Below, one piece after another: positions 48,144 through 63,734 of a stretch of 64,000 bases of DNA (position 1 is its first letter; every line of letters begins with the position of its first letter). The DNA lies in the NCBI GenBank assembly GCA_030704615.1, contig CM060733.1, positions 54,560,001 to 54,624,000 of the forward strand, read 5' to 3'. The notes under the pieces are model-generated. The model saw only the letters and a program-made list of their open reading frames with translations. It did not search any database and was not told the origin of the DNA. Origin of the DNA: Takakia lepidozioides (lineage: Eukaryota; Plantae; Bryophyta). Made by a program: the position numbers and the translations under genes.

Positions 48144-48920
48144 GTGCTTCGGACTTCCCTCTCCTTGCAGTCTGCTTCCTTTTCAATGGCCGACCTTACC
48201 AGTTCTTCCTCCATTCCGTGGCTACAGGAGCAAGCTGAGGTTGATGAAGACACAATGAAGGAGGTGTTGGGTGACCTTGGCGGCATTGTGGGGTCCCGCA
48301 TTTCCATTCTCGAAGCTTTGGTGGACTGGTCACAACCAACAACAGGGGACATTATTCTCAGGGGACACGACTCTGCAGGTAGAGTGGCTTGGTGTGGTTT
48401 CTATGATGAAAGTACTATAGAGTGTTCAAAGCTTCCAAACACGATGGTTCTGAGGTCCAGATTCTTGTGTGCCCCCAATGAGGAGTGGGGTCCATATCAA
48501 CTAGGTTTGGATCAAGACAAGGAGAATGAATGCTTTCATGTTCTCACTGTATTCCAATGGATGGGCGGAGGTTGGGACTCCATCAATCTGATTGACGCTC
48601 TTCCCTCCCCTATTTGGATGCTTCAGCGAAGGCATACACCAGATAGGCCATGGACTGCTACTGGAGACATTTGTGTCACCCTTGAGGGTGACACAATGCA
48701 TGGGATGTTTGCATCACATATGCACATGCCAAAGAATGGCTCGTCAGTTTTCCTGCGTGTTGTACCTGACTGGGGGGGCAACCATTTCCATCACTCTGTT
48801 TATTTCTTTCGTTGGGATGGGCGAGTTTGTGTATGGAAGGAGCGAATGGTTAGGCTGCAGGTGGATGTTCCTTCATATGATTGGAACTTCAAGGAGGTGG
48901 ACTGGCTAGAGGCAGCATGA
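48144..48920 (+). CDS. Intronless 258-aa ORF of unknown function inside the MULE (first ATG at ~48186)
   Basis: Uninterrupted, complex, Trp-rich reading frame; no family recognised. Confidence 0.45.
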   Translation: MLRTSLSLQSASFSMADLTSSSSIPWLQEQAEVDEDTMKEVLGDLGGIVGSRISILEALVDWSQPTTGDIILRGHDSAGRVAWCGFYDESTIECSKLPNTMVLRSRFLCAPNEEWGPYQLGLDQDKENECFHVLTVFQWMGGGWDSINLIDALPSPIWMLQRRHTPDRPWTATGDICVTLEGDTMHGMFASHMHMPKNGSSVFLRVVPDWGGNHFHHSVYFFRWDGRVCVWKERMVRLQVDVPSYDWNFKEVDWLEAA

Positions 48921-50494
48921 AGGTAAAAGCATTGCAGGACTGGAGTTTGACGTGTTTTGCATTGGCCCCGGGTTTGAAGTAGTACATGTGCATGGCCTAG
49001 GGGTCTGATTTGCGGAATAAAGCGTCAAATGTGAATAAAAATTCATGTTCAATTTCAGAAGATGAATTGAGGTGTGTAATCTGCATGAAGTTTTGGTAAA
49101 CATTGCCCGGCTGTATCTGCATTATCACAGTTTGTTTTTGTCTTCAGTTTCAGTTTCAGTACTGTTAAACTCATGGGTGATATAATGTACCACCAACGTG
49201 AAAGTGAAACGCAATATGTATTTCCATGGTTTGGTTTTGAATATGCATATGGATGAAAACCGCATGTACATGTGAGACAAATGGAACGGTTGGTGACAGT
49301 GCCATTATGTAACGCACTTGTAACGCCTACACTGTCGGTGGCATGTCCCCGTCATTGTCTTGCCCAGGTTGTTGTCGCTCTGGCCGAGGGTTCATGTAAC
49401 ACAGGTTGTGCATCATTGGGAGGATATAAAGGGTTCTAGAATAGACAACTCTCGCACTTCTCCATTTCATTGTCTTCACTTTTTCCTGCTTGCACACCCA
49501 CTTGTGCCATACTGATTTCTTTGAGGTCATCATTGCCATAGTTTTCTTGGGTTTTCTGCCCACATGAGGTCTTTGTGTTGCAGGTGTTAGGGTCCTCTTG
49601 TACATCTCATATTATAAGTTTGCACTCTTGTTACTACTTCTGAATTTAGGCTGACTTTGTGTTGCAAGTTCGAGGGTTGTCATCTTTGCAGTTTCCCTCA
49701 CACTTTGCACAGTTCAGCATCCATTGTCCATGGATTCCACCCCAACATCCACTTTTCGGGCCAAGGTCTCTGAAATATTGTACAAAGCCCAGGCCACATT
49801 CTCACACCAATGTGTAGGTGCTGTAGCTATTCTGTAACTTAGAAATGATGTACATGTTGTTTTGTCGGTAGATAATGATTCATGTGGCACCCACTTTTCA
49901 TTGAGGGTTTTCATATCACGCGCACATGTAATTGACGCTTCTCATCAGTTTCATACATGCACTTTTATGCTGAAATGATCATTTTCTTCTCACTTGAACG
50001 TTGAAATACTTAATGAATCCTGGCCACGAATTTGCCCCCAAGGATTGTTTGTTTACATGCATATGACCCTGTGTCTTTCCATGGCTCAACAAACCATGTA
50101 CACCTGAAAGGGTGGATTCCAGCAGCGTCGTTTTGTCTTTGCTATGGCGTACACATCTGCCGCCACCGCTTCAGAGTTGCGGATAAAGAAGGGTGCACGG
50201 GCGTTGAACTCACATCATGTTTTCCATCGCCTCATGAATTCTGCGCATCCACGAACACAGTGCATTATGACAACAGCACAATCTGCATGACAGTTACATT
50301 GTATGGACCAAAGAAACATGTGCATGTGCAATGAATGCAAATGCATACCTGGACAATGATTTTTTCCCACGGGCTGCAACTACTTGATTATCGATGGATG
50401 GAAGTTGACATAGCGGAGGATTGTCTGCGCTGGCAGGTGAAGTGGTATGGGTGGCAATGGGATTGGCAAAGGTAACAGAGCGAGAGCGTTTAGG

Positions 50495-53400
50495 TCATTT
50501 GTGCACACTCCCATGCACATCGCCATCAAATCGTGTCGTGGCATATGTGCTGTTCGGAGTGTTCAGACCATCAAAAATCATCTTGCGACGAAGGGGGGAG
50601 GGCAAGGCCATAATGTGCCAATGCTGCGTATCATACTGTTCAAGCAGTTCACCATGAGGGGTTCTGGACGACCCAACATTGGTTACTGTAGGCACAATTA
50701 CACCCTCATCAGTGGGATCTCGGACATAAATAGGGGGAGGAATCACAAAGTTATGTGATGAAGTGAAAGACCCCATAGGGGGAGGCGGTCCACCAAAGTC
50801 AGGGAATACCTGACTGCAAGACAAGTCCATTTCAAGTTGAGTCAGGGGACCTGTTTCCGGACAAAGAAGGTCGGCACAGACTTCAGCAGATGGCACATTG
50901 TGTTCCAGGAAGTGGCTCAGAAGTCGTGATGCCTCATCATCAGACCGGCACACAATTGCTTTCCCACCATTGGTTGTGGATGCAAGGTCATCAGTATTGC
51001 CCTCTGAGGGCATGCCTACAATCCTTCGACACAGAGGACCTGTTCCCACCGCCTGCTGCACCTCATGTTCTTCATTTTCTGACTGAGGCATGGATTTGGT
51101 GGCAAGCTCAGCAGCATTACAGTGTTGCGATATTTGCATTCGCGGGGATGTCTACAAGGTGTGCGGTTGTTGCTGTGATGGGTGGTGTATGCCAGCCCAC
51201 TTGCCAACATCACCACCCGCTTTTGCAAAACGTGCTTCAGCCACCCCCTGCCTGGCCGTGATGAGAGCATCTGCACTGTGTTCCAAATTTTTCAAAGCTT
51301 GCAACACCGAGGATTCACCATAGTTAAAGCTGCCTAAAGTAGATGTTGCACATGAGGCCGGGTTAAGGATGGATTCAGCACCCTAAACATGGTGGACAAT
51401 ATTATTTGCTAATTCAATGAAATCTTGCAGCGTGGACATTCGAAAGCATTGAAATGACATACCTGGTGGGCAAGGAAGCCACCCCATGTCCAAGTCCTCG
51501 CGATACCTCAACATTTCAGTAAATTCAAGGATGGCTTTATCAACCCCCATTTCTGGTTGCCCCCCTCCACACCACAAGACCTCAAAAGCTGTACGATTAA
51601 CAATGGCAAGGTCATGGATAGTCCTGCATCTGACTTGTTGCATAAAAGCCTACAGCGACTGTATGACGCGGTCTTGGTCGTCTTTCTGTCTCTCCAGAAG
51701 GTCTGCCACAGAGTCCAGCACCTCCCTTCGAGCCTGCTCGTATGGTGCCATGCAACCATATAAAAGTATCCAATCTCAAGAAAATTATTGGCTGCATTTG
51801 TAATGGCCACGTGACCCTCGGGTGTGTCTAGAAGTTGGTGGAGGAGGTCGCGCAACACAAAGTTCCTTGGTGTGGACAGGGGAATTGTCTTCTGAACGTG
51901 ACACATCCAAATGAGACGCAACACCCGCATGAACTGCGGTGTTTTCAGAGGTGGTACTGTGTTTCGACTTCCTACCAGAATGGCCATGAACATGTGGGCT
52001 TCCTCCCGCGAATGTGTGAACATATTATTTGAGAGCTCTGGGATGTCGGCCGCCTTGATAATTTTGAAAAGTGGGGACCAGCCCCATTTACTCTCATGTA
52101 TTTCGTCATTGACCTGTCTGTCCCATTTATGCAATCCAGCCTCCACAAACTGAGTTCTTGTACTCTCCAATGCAGCCTGAGCAGCAACCTCCTTCATGTC
52201 ACAGTCCATGATGGCAGCCCTGTACTTGTGGTATTTGACAACATCATTGCACTCAGCGTATTGAGCTGCATGGTCAGGAGAAAAACCAGGACGTATTGAA
52301 AAGCATGCCAATGTCTTGCGAAGAAGTGCCTCCTCCTGCGGTGGTGCATCATGCTGCTACCACACCATGAAACAGATTTGTACTGACATTAGAACAGACC
52401 CCTCCCATAATGAAGGTCATGGACAGAAAAACAATCCAAACAGGCACATTACAATGCATGAAAACAAAACCCATGCAAAACAATATTTTCAAATTCAAAT
52501 GCATATAAGACAATGGTGCTTCAAATCTTGAGTTGTAAATGTCAATATTCTCACACCAATGTGCATGGTGAAGAGAATGCCACGGGCTTCAGCTACATGC
52601 GTATACATGTGCCTCCAAGAGGAACAACCTTACAATATATATGCTGGAATACAAATGCAGGAGAACATGACCATTCCACAGACTTAAATGCATGCTCACA
52701 GATGGAAAAACATGTATGACAGAAAAAAGAGGGCAGTCAGTGCAGGAGAGGATTAGAAGAGGTATTACCATGCGTCGGACGAACCATTGACCATACGCTT
52801 TACCCATCATACTATTAGCAAATTCCGCGCTCCCCACAAGTGCAGCAAGACTTTCTAAAAAGCAGGGATTGTCAGGTGAAGGGAACCCATCAGGCAACAA
52901 ATTGTAGTCCATGAGGTAGCTGAGACCTGGGCGTGCAACAGGTGCAGGTTTGGGGGGGGCACGACAATGTCAAATTTCTGTATCAGAGAAGCTGCCACAA
53001 AGGCTTGTTTGGCCTCTTCTCTAGTCGTGGATTGAAGCAAAGCAGACTTGATCAACTGATCCAGAGTTGGTGCCTCTGTATGTGTCCTCGTTGGTGGGTC
53101 TGGCAGTAGGATAGTTTCCTCGTCCATTGCCATGTCCCCCGCCTGAAGAGGTACATGGGAGTCCTTAGCTGGTAGCCGCAAATGCCTCCTCCGCTTCATT
53201 TCTGGCTGAAATTCGTCTTCACACCCACTGTCCTCCCGGCCCACCTTCGCCCGCGAGTTTTTGCGCGGCAGATGCCCATGGTCCTTCAGAACAGTCTCCA
53301 TCAACGCCCTCTGACCGGTTTCAAACACAGGGTACATTTTTAGTTTAGCCCCACCATTCCCAACATCGGCACACCCATTTATCCTGTGAACGTTTAATTT

Positions 53401-53580
53401 TTTTTTGTCTTTATACACATGTTTACAGTAGATACATATGAACGGCTTCCTGTTATTATCCCCGGGTTCATCAAGCCTCGCCCTCGTGTGAGCCTCGCAA
53501 ATCAGTGCTTCCCACTCATCAGTATCATATTCCTCATGGTATACCCGACGCGCTTCGAGCATGGTGGATTTTTTCACCAT
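50495..53580 (-). pseudogene. MULE accessory/cargo gene(s), unknown function, N-terminal C2H2-like finger
   Basis: ORFs 52855-53580 (CIYCKHVYKDKKKLNVH...C), 51508-52311 and 50495-51139 on the strand convergent with the transposase; fragmented. Confidence 0.45.
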
Positions 53581-56544
53581 TTCGGAAGTACAAGTAGACA
53601 GCGTAGACCACTCCTGCCCTGAAGAAGCCGACGTTCATGTTAAGGCACAAACTGAGAGTGCGAATGGGTACTAACATGGGCCCTCACAACGAAGTATAAG
53701 CCATTTCCATTATGGTCGCCACCATCTCGCATAACCGAAAGAAGCCATGCATTTGGCACACAAAGAATGCATTGGAGGGAAGAGCAAGACATTGGCAACA
53801 CAATGCCAATGGGAACACAATGCGACGACGTAAAAAAAATCCACAAAACTCACATTAATCTCTGAACCCTAAAGACAGACTTATGGAGGCCTTCTAGCTT
53901 CACCTGCAACACGAGAATGATATAGGCAGATCAACAGAAGCTCCCGAGCATGAGATGAGCAGTCGCGCAACAAAGCAAATGAAAAGGAAGGCGTTTCGGT
54001 ATACGTACACTTCCTTCCGAATCGTGTTGCACAAGATCCAAGCGCTACTTACATGAAAAAAGCGGGCGAAGGATATGTAACCAAAGCAAATGAGAAACAT
54101 GAAACAGGAAAGACTGACGCTGCTGAGAACCTCCTCCGAAAGCGCTTTCCTGCGGGGCATATCTTTCACTGAACTTGCCACAACGTCTGCACATGATGTT
54201 TCCAGAACACGCACTACGACATCGATAGAGACGGTGGCACGGTTCAAGCGATGTGGTTGAGGAGAGACGTTCCCTCGCATACAAAGCGTCGCCTTCAGCG
54301 TCTCTGTAAGCAGGTGACAATCACTTCCGCAAAGCACGATCACGTCCTAATCTGTATGCAATTATGAACAATGCATGTATGAGCAGACATGCATACATGT
54401 GGGACGACACATGCATGTATGACAACCTTCACATATGGATGCATGCATCGTGGTAATATAGTTGAAGTAAAACCCTTTCATGTATTACGTGGGTGACGGC
54501 CTCACAGGGGACGGAGGCTGGGCGGGGGAGACAGGAAGCCCAATCGCGGCGACTGCGGGCCGCGGCGTTGCCGCCAAGGGGGGTGGGGGGTGGGGGGTGG
54601 GAGGGGAGGGCCACGTAGGCAGCCCCGCTGATGGCGCATTAAACTCCATGGCCTCTTCTATTACTTGCCCACGTTTTATATAGGATTTTACCTAGCATGG
54701 TGGTATCCCCTTCGGAAGGTTGTTCTTGTCACATTCAACATTTTAAAAATCTATACAACAGTATTTACTTTACACAGGGTTGTGCCCATGCATTCAATTT
54801 TCGTAGTTCTCCCTCCGTGAGGGTGAGGTTGTACTCCCCCAAATCATGAGGGCTCATTTTTTGCCCTTGGGACCGATTTGAGGCTAAACTTATGAAGAAT
54901 AAAATATATTATTTCATTTCGGCCTCGACTCCTAGTGTAAAGGTCTGGGGCGGCCTTAAGCTCGACCATTAGGATCGCTCTATTTCCGACAACCCTTGGC
55001 CTCGACTCCTAGTGTAAAGGAGACCTTATCCATCCATAAGGGGTTGGTATCATGTGAACGCGGCGTTAACACAACCCACGGTCATGGGGGTTGTATGTTT
55101 TTAAACCGCGGTCATAGGAGTTACATATTTTGAGGCACGGTGCATTTATAGGGTACAATTGCACCAAAACGATAAACTATCTGATTTATCTATACATTCA
55201 TGAACATTCGATACATTTCAAATCATTACTTGTTCAAAATAAAAAAAATCATCACTTGTAAGCCAAAACATAATATACTAAGGGAATCATTTTAGTATTA
55301 AACTATTATGTATGATTCACCAACCTAACTAAAAACATCATCTATAAACCCTAATTCAACAAAAATTTCGCAAAACGAAACCATAGCCGTGAACCCTAAA
55401 CATGCGGCGGCGGGGTATGGCAACGAGAAAGCTTTGGTCATATAGCCACAAACATGAGAGGCGGCGGAATTCACATTAAGAAATGAAACCAACCGGAAAA
55501 AAACAGGTATCTGCAGTTTAATCCCTGCATAATCCGGGTATCTGCAGTTTATGCCCTACAAATTTTCAGTTTCGCATTGAGACTAAAATTAAAAAAGTAG
55601 TAGTTTCGGGAGTAGGAGTCTCGTCTTGATAAATTATCCATGGGACGTAACAACCTTTAAGGTCTTTTGGAGTCTCAGCACCCTTTCCGTATAATGGAAA
55701 CAGCCTAGTATTGGATGAGCATAACGTGAGGAAATCCCACGCCTATAGGATAACATGTTTATCATGTAGCGGGGTTACTTGTTTCTTAAGTGTTGTTATG
55801 AGGGCCTATGTGAGCAGATAACATAGTTTCGCAAATGTTTTAGTTTCTCAATTTTCGTTTTGCTGCCAAATATTCCGAAGGCATTGAGAATATTCAGAAT
55901 ATTCGCTTGCGCTCACATGACATGCTCCCGCGCTATCCAACCTCCATCCACACAACATCACAAGATTTTGTGGAGGAGCTTGCTCGTCCTGTACTTTGTG
56001 TACTTTTGTACTATTCAATAAAGTTATCCCGGTAAGTTTGGGGATGGAGGGTGAGTTAGGCCAATTTGGCCAAAAGAGAGGTTGAAGTGCAATAATGTCA
56101 AAAGAGCAGGGGATTAAAATACAAGGAAAAAAAAGACAGGACCAAACTCAAAATAGTACCAAAATGAAAGCAAAACGAGTTTCATCTTGCATTTGTTTTT
56201 TGGCTTTCCTCTGGGTCCACGCAGCTAGGGAGGCTGGGGGGCCACGCTGACTTAAGGAGACTACATGCGCACCTTTGGGTGGCCCCGCCGCTGATATCCC
56301 TAACAGCCCACTGAAGCGCTGTCAAAGGCGGATGTGCGACCTTTCGCGACACTTCTTCTCCATGTGCTTAGGACTAGAACCCTAGCCCAAGAACCCACAC
56401 CTCACATCTGCCCTACCAACCGCTCATAACCTTAGGTTATTAGACCCAAAATAGGTATAAGCTAATAACCCTTCATTTCAAAAAAAACACAACATGTTGT
56501 TTACATCTACTAGGGTAGCCTGTGCCACTGGCCCAAATGTCCAA

Positions 56545-56770
56545 TATGGTATGTCCAAGTGCAATCCCCTATGTATCCAAAGACCTTTGGAAGATCTAGG
56601 GTAGCATGTGCCATTGACCCATGTGTGAAGAATTGAAATCTAAGCCCAAGTGCAATCTCCTATGTATCCAAGTGCGTCTCCTATGTTAAGGCCCATCTAA
56701 GCCCAAGTGCAATCTCCTATGTATCCAAGTGCGTCTCCAATGTCCAATGCCACCTAAGTCCAAGTGCAAT
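56545..56770. repeat. Short tandem repeat with CCAAGTGCAAT(C)TCCTATGTAT units
   Basis: Several CCAAGTGC(A/G) units, including a near-exact duplication (from 56639 and from 56696). Confidence 0.75.
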
Positions 56771-57314
56771 CCCAAAGCCCACTTTGCTATTTTTCGCGAA
56801 TTTCTTGTGACCAAAAGCACTTGAAATTCCAGATATCCCACGTGAAGGGCCAATCATTGCCCACTTTGCTATTTTTGTGAATTTTCAGCTACCCAAAGTA
56901 CTTGGAATTCCACATCTCCCACACCGCTGGTCCAAAAATCATGAGACCAAATCATGAGACCAAGCTCGAGGGCTTTCAAGCACCAAGCACCAACGCTCTT
57001 GCGGTTTGGGCGATCTCAACGACGCTAACGATGCTACTAAACAACCGTCTCGCTTCATACATTGATTTTTAAAATTTTGGCCTCCGCTGGTTAATATTGG
57101 GATAGGTTATTTCAATTCTGTGGTTATACATATATATATATATATATATATAATGGGATAGACAACCACCTGTTATTAGAGACAAGAATAAATGGACGAT
57201 ATTCATCTCAAGAGGACGAAACCCTGTCTCTCATCGTCAAAGTGAGCGTCAGTCTTGAGAAGCCGCCTCTTTTCTTAGTTGCAGGACCGCAAATCGTCTG
57301 CACCGTAGGCAGCC

Positions 57315-58669
57315 ATGGTGACCCCGTTGATCAAGCGCGATGTGGTCAAGAAGCGCATCAAGAAGTTTAAGCGCATGCAGTCTGACCGGAAGATCTGTGT
57401 CAAGGTGCGTTGCTCTCATCCTGAAGCCACTGTCATCTTCCTCGTTTTGCACCACTCACTGTGCTGGCGAGGGTTTTGCATTTTCTCTTGTACTGTGCGG
57501 TGCTATTTTCTGTTGAATACACGTTCTGAGAGATGGTTTGAGCTGGAACGCATTTCTAGTACGATGGTTTCTTTTCTTATTGGATGGCTATCCAATCATC
57601 CGCCGGCGAAATCTCGCCGCGCCTCTGTTCCTCTGGTATAGTAGCTTACTGTCATCTGTCCAATTCCATGAACAGACCAACTGGAGGAGGCCCAAGGGTA
57701 TCGACTCTCGGGTTCGGCGCAAGTTCAAGGGCACCACACTGATGCCCAACATTGGTTATGGGTCAAACAAGAAGACAAGGCATGTTCTGCCAAGTGGTTT
57801 CGTCAAATTTTTGGTGCACAATGTGAAAGACCTAGAGCTCCTCCTCATGCACAACCGGTGAGTAGCCAACTTCATCTTCTAATCATATGTTGTGACAACT
57901 AATGGGTCGTAGGAATAAGCTTGAAAATTTCAGTGCTCTCTCAGTGGATGAGCTGAAATGCGAGACGGTTTTTTGGTGGTTTCGGTTCTCCTGCCTTGTT
58001 GTTACTACCATAGTCATCGATTAATTTCCTGTTTTAAGAGTTTTGCACTGCTCTGTGAACTTGTAAAATAAGGACCTTATGTGCCATGGGGCCGGACGAA
58101 GACCTTAGATTGTGATTTCTGCCGGGGTTTAGATTTCTCGATTAGGTTCAATGGAAAATGTCAGAGATTTTCTGTACACGAGCCACTTCAGACTCCAATG
58201 GCTGCATTGAAAAGTGAGATAGTGGTTATCTAATAAAAGGGCGGTGTTAAAATTTGATGTTTCATCCTATATTTGTTAATCATGATTGCCCGCATGTTGG
58301 CTGGTAACTTCAAGGCTGGTATGCATTGACAACAATCTGCTCCAAGGAGTGGAATGTTCTTTAGAGTCTGGCTTTCAAGTCATTCTAGAAAGCTGGATGA
58401 GCAAAGTTAACATACATGCTCAGCCTCATAGGTGGACAGATGAGCAGATTGTAGCTCACCGGCCAAGGCGACTAGGTGGCATATTGAGTCGAGTGCCAGT
58501 TAGGAACCCAAGATTTCATTGGAGATGTGGTGGTTGCAGGAAGTATAGTGCTGAAATTGCTCACAATGTGTCGACACTGAAGAGGAAAGCGATAGTGGAG
58601 CGTGCTGCACAGTTGAATGTCGCAGTAACCAATGGGAGCGCACGGCTTCGAAGCCAAGAGGACGAGTAG
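57315..58669 (+). CDS. RPL32: 60S ribosomal protein L32 (eL32); exons 57315-57404, 57676-57857, 58540-58669; 133 aa
   Basis: [25 protein letters not shown]...[17 protein letters not shown]...[14 protein letters not shown]...AEIAHNVS...[12 protein letters not shown] introns; 402 nt spliced CDS. Confidence 0.97.
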
Positions 58670-60186
58670 AATCCAAGATCTGTCTCACATCTGTTGTGTT
58701 GTCTTATTCTAGGATTGCTTTGACCAGTGTACCTTTCCCGAAATGGCAGACTTTGATTAAATCTTATCGTGTGCTTCATGAGGGGTTTTTTCCTATTTGT
58801 AATGTTTGTGCAAACGACATTGATCATTGTGCTTGGTTGAGATACATTGGTGATTGACACCCAAGATGGGAGAGGCTGAATTCGGGAAAGATCAACTTGT
58901 TGTGTCATGATAGTAGTTTCTTCCCTTTTTACTCAATGTAAGTATTACTCAATTACATTGATCTTCACTGGCAAGGTCTTCTCATTGCACTCGGCTGGGT
59001 GAGAACTCGGCTTCGGTGTGGAAGGAAGGCACTACTGGGAATGTTATTGTATGAAAGGGTTGGCTCTTAGAATCTTCTATCTATGGTCCATGGTTGAGCG
59101 GTCTAGGTGTGTCATGTAACAATTCTAGTGAAGGCGTTGTGCCCAAAAAATAGACAGTTCTTATTCTGCATTCCTACCTCTGGAGACTTTCCAAAACCTC
59201 CAGGGTTCTTTAATTGGATTCCAAGAATGCTTTTTTTGGGTATGATTGAGTCGCTCAGGAAAAGAGGAGTGCAGGCTTGGGCGCAGTGTGTGCTCTGCTT
59301 GATTTCCAAAGCAGGTGGTAGATGCCATCCCGCAGGCTTCATGATGCTGCAGTGGGGTCTTCGTTGAACCAAGTATCCTGTGTCATCTATCTTTCTAAAC
59401 CATAGCTGAAAGCTTGGTACCTGTAAATCGATGATATTACTTAATTAGATATACTGAAAGTGCCTACAAGACAGTAGTCTTGTACTTGCATTTACTTACC
59501 TGATATTTTCTTCAATAAGGCCAACTTCTCAATGTGTTTAGTACCTATTGTTGTACAGTCCCGCACTTAGTGACAACTGCTTCTCTACAACAACTCCACA
59601 GACGGTTTGTGAAAGTGTTATTTGTCGAGTATCTGCAGGCTGGAGTGTTAATACTGACATCATCTAGCCAATTGTTAGTGACAACAACATCCACTGGATG
59701 TGGAATCACAGGTGATGCAGGAGCTTCCTAAGGCGATGCAGAAGACTAGCTTGCTTTTTTCTATGCTTGCTGTGACTTACATAGAATCAGAGGCCTAATT
59801 GAAAGATACGTGACCATTGGAATTCACCCTGGGTTTGCCCTTAATTCACCCAACACCTCCATTTACAGAGTGATCAAATGCCGTGTACTTCAGGGCAGTG
59901 ACCCAAGAGCACTGACAGTCGAGGGTCTCAGTGACAGCAGGCCCCGAAACCACCTAAGTCCTTCTTAGGGGTGTACAACGTTTCAACAAGCCACTGAAGA
60001 TTCACACACTGTAAGCAGTTATTCTCCTTCTGAAATTACTAGTATGGGACCTGATTGACTGAGTGCTATCCGAGAGCACATTGCCTGGGAGTGCCTTCAT
60101 TTCTCGCCTCCCTCACCAAATACCGATGTCGGATGTATGCATAAGTTGGAGCAGAACTCACTTCCTTATCACTCATTATCTCAAAC

Positions 60187-61015
60187 TTAAGCTGACGTGT
60201 GAAAATTTGGCTCAAAGATAAATGCCAGTGGATTTAAACTGCCAACTCTTTTGCCTTGTCGATCGGGAGTTGTTGGTGGAGGTATGTTCGTACGAGAGAC
60301 ACTGTCCTTGTCCTGAAAGTCGTAGATGACCATGGTGTGTTCGACTGCATTGAAAATACATAGTTGATGATCCCCAAGTGCATTACATGTGGACTCTGGG
60401 TATTCCACAAGACCTCTGCATCGCCTTCTTCGCTCGTCCACTAACATTCTCCATGAGCGCCCATTTAACTCACGTTTGCAAATGCAAGTATACATATCTA
60501 TGCCATAAAACTCTAGCCCCAAGAAAAGGTACATTGCCCCCCCACCTGTGTAGTCGCGTAGTAGGCATCACGAATTAGCCTCAAGCTTGGGATGGTACAC
60601 CAGGCATGTTGTGACCAGATTCCTTTTTCTACATCGTATGCTAATACACCCTTACCCATGTCTGTTATCGCAAGGCAATACAGCACCCCATTGCAATATG
60701 CACCATTTTGATACTCGTTAAGTCCAAAATCTGGAGGAGGCAACACCCCCGTTTCCGTCCATTCCGATGTTTTAGAATCGTAAGCCTCTGTTCTCCTAGA
60801 AAGGTGCTCAGTTCCGGTTGTTGCACTCCCAGCCACAATGATCTTGTAACTGTTCGTGGACTTATCCGCCAGCACATGCATCAGAACAGGATGTCGTCGG
60901 TGGTTTAAGGGCGGCAGCCCTTTCCAGCATTGTCTTACGGGATTGCATACGAATAGCTTGTCCGTTTCAGGGAAATTTGCCACATCCACACACAGCAATC
61001 CCCCGCCTCCTGCGA
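60187..61015 (-). pseudogene. F-box/kelch-type beta-propeller gene fragment (F-box not seen; frameshift ~60540)
   Basis: GGGLLCV...LFVCNPVRQCWKGLPPL...YKIIVAG...TEAYDSKTSEW...GAYCNGVLYC...VLAYDVEKGIW...FIFEPNF; the two frames overlap at ~60513-60540. Confidence 0.8.
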
Positions 61016-61887
61016 CTAAATCCCCGCGTAGAAGCTAATGTTGAAATTTAGTTAGTTGAATCCGCAAGGGGAAGAGACTCTTATTTAGTGGAGTTATATC
61101 TCTCTCTCTCTTTCGTTCAATAATCATAAGGAGATCAGGCTGGCCAGCCAGAACCAGATATAAAATAAACATGGAGTAAAGTTGAAGATTAGATAGTGTA
61201 ATCTCAATATCAAAGCTTGAATCACTATTGTTCATGAGGTAGTTGCAAAACATGCTAGACAGTAAGGGGAAGTCAATCAACCACCAATTCATGCAAGTGA
61301 GCACGGAGCGGCAGGAGTGAAACAGATGGAACCCCAGCAAACCTGTTCGCCGCATGCCTAAGCCTTCCACATGCGCATTAAACTTCCATGCTATGTCTAG
61401 TATAAACCACTGAATTTTTTTGTACAGCCTCCTCGCAGAGGGGACAGCACCCTAACAGCGGAATCGAAAGATAAGTTTGTAGCACGATAGTCTACTGGTA
61501 AGAGCATGTCCCTATTAACAAGAGATTACAGGGGGGTTCCATTTCTAGTTGGTGCTGCTCTTCTGCTCCTGGGCCAGGTGCCGCAGTGAATAGAGGAGTA
61601 CAGATCCACTTCTAGGACTCTGAATGTTTTTTAGACATGTAAAAAGAAGATTACTACAGTTGTTTTATGAATTGCAGCCCAATGCACTGCACCATTCGAG
61701 ATTTCAATGCTCCCAGCCATTGTCCGTGGATTTGAAAAGCAGTTCGTTGGCACCAAATTGTATGTGAGAGATCCCATTGTGCTCGCTCAGGAAAGCAGCA
61801 TTGAAATGCCATCACTCAGGACCATTGAGAAGACAGAGAAGGATGGGTACAGCCAGAGCATCGTTTGATCTTTGCAGGGTTCCCGAT

Positions 61888-63322
<1,435 letters not shown>

Positions 63323-63734
63323 GCAAACAGCCCTCAGTCCCCCAATTGTTAAACAAGAGTAGCACTCCAGCTGAAGATGTGAGTAGACTGCTCTGCAAAG
63401 GTCTTCCTGGAGGAGCAGATTGTTTGTACCCTTTCCTCTTTTTGCAGCATGGAATAAACATCCTCACTAGTTGAATGCCTTGCTATCAGGGGATGTCAAA
63501 ACCTTAGAGCCTGTCACGCCTGCTGGTGGTGGGGTCTCAATCTAGTATGGAACTGTGATAGCTCTCTCATTTCAAGCTCGACTAACATGACATTGGGCTT
63601 AGCAAAAATATTACTAATGCTGGAAGAGGGCTGATGTGAACACCTTACAACGTCCCATGTCTGAGTTTGAACTTGACTATGGCTGGTCTTAAATATGGAT
63701 GTGTTTATGTGACCATACAAGAGAGAGTGCAAGA

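Larger units (their letters stand above)
43789..54669. mobile_element. Mutator-like element (MULE), ~10.9 kb, with TIRs
   Basis: Left TIR GGCAAGTAATAGAAGAGGCC.TGGAGTTTAATGCGCCATCAGCG; the right end is its reverse complement, ending TATTACTTGCC. Contains a SWIM-type transposase and convergent cargo ORFs. TSD not clearly preserved. Confidence 0.88.

Noticed and set aside
59870-60020. Possible structured ncRNA (short hairpins)
   Set aside because: No recognisable snRNA, riboswitch or ribozyme consensus; would need an Infernal/Rfam search.
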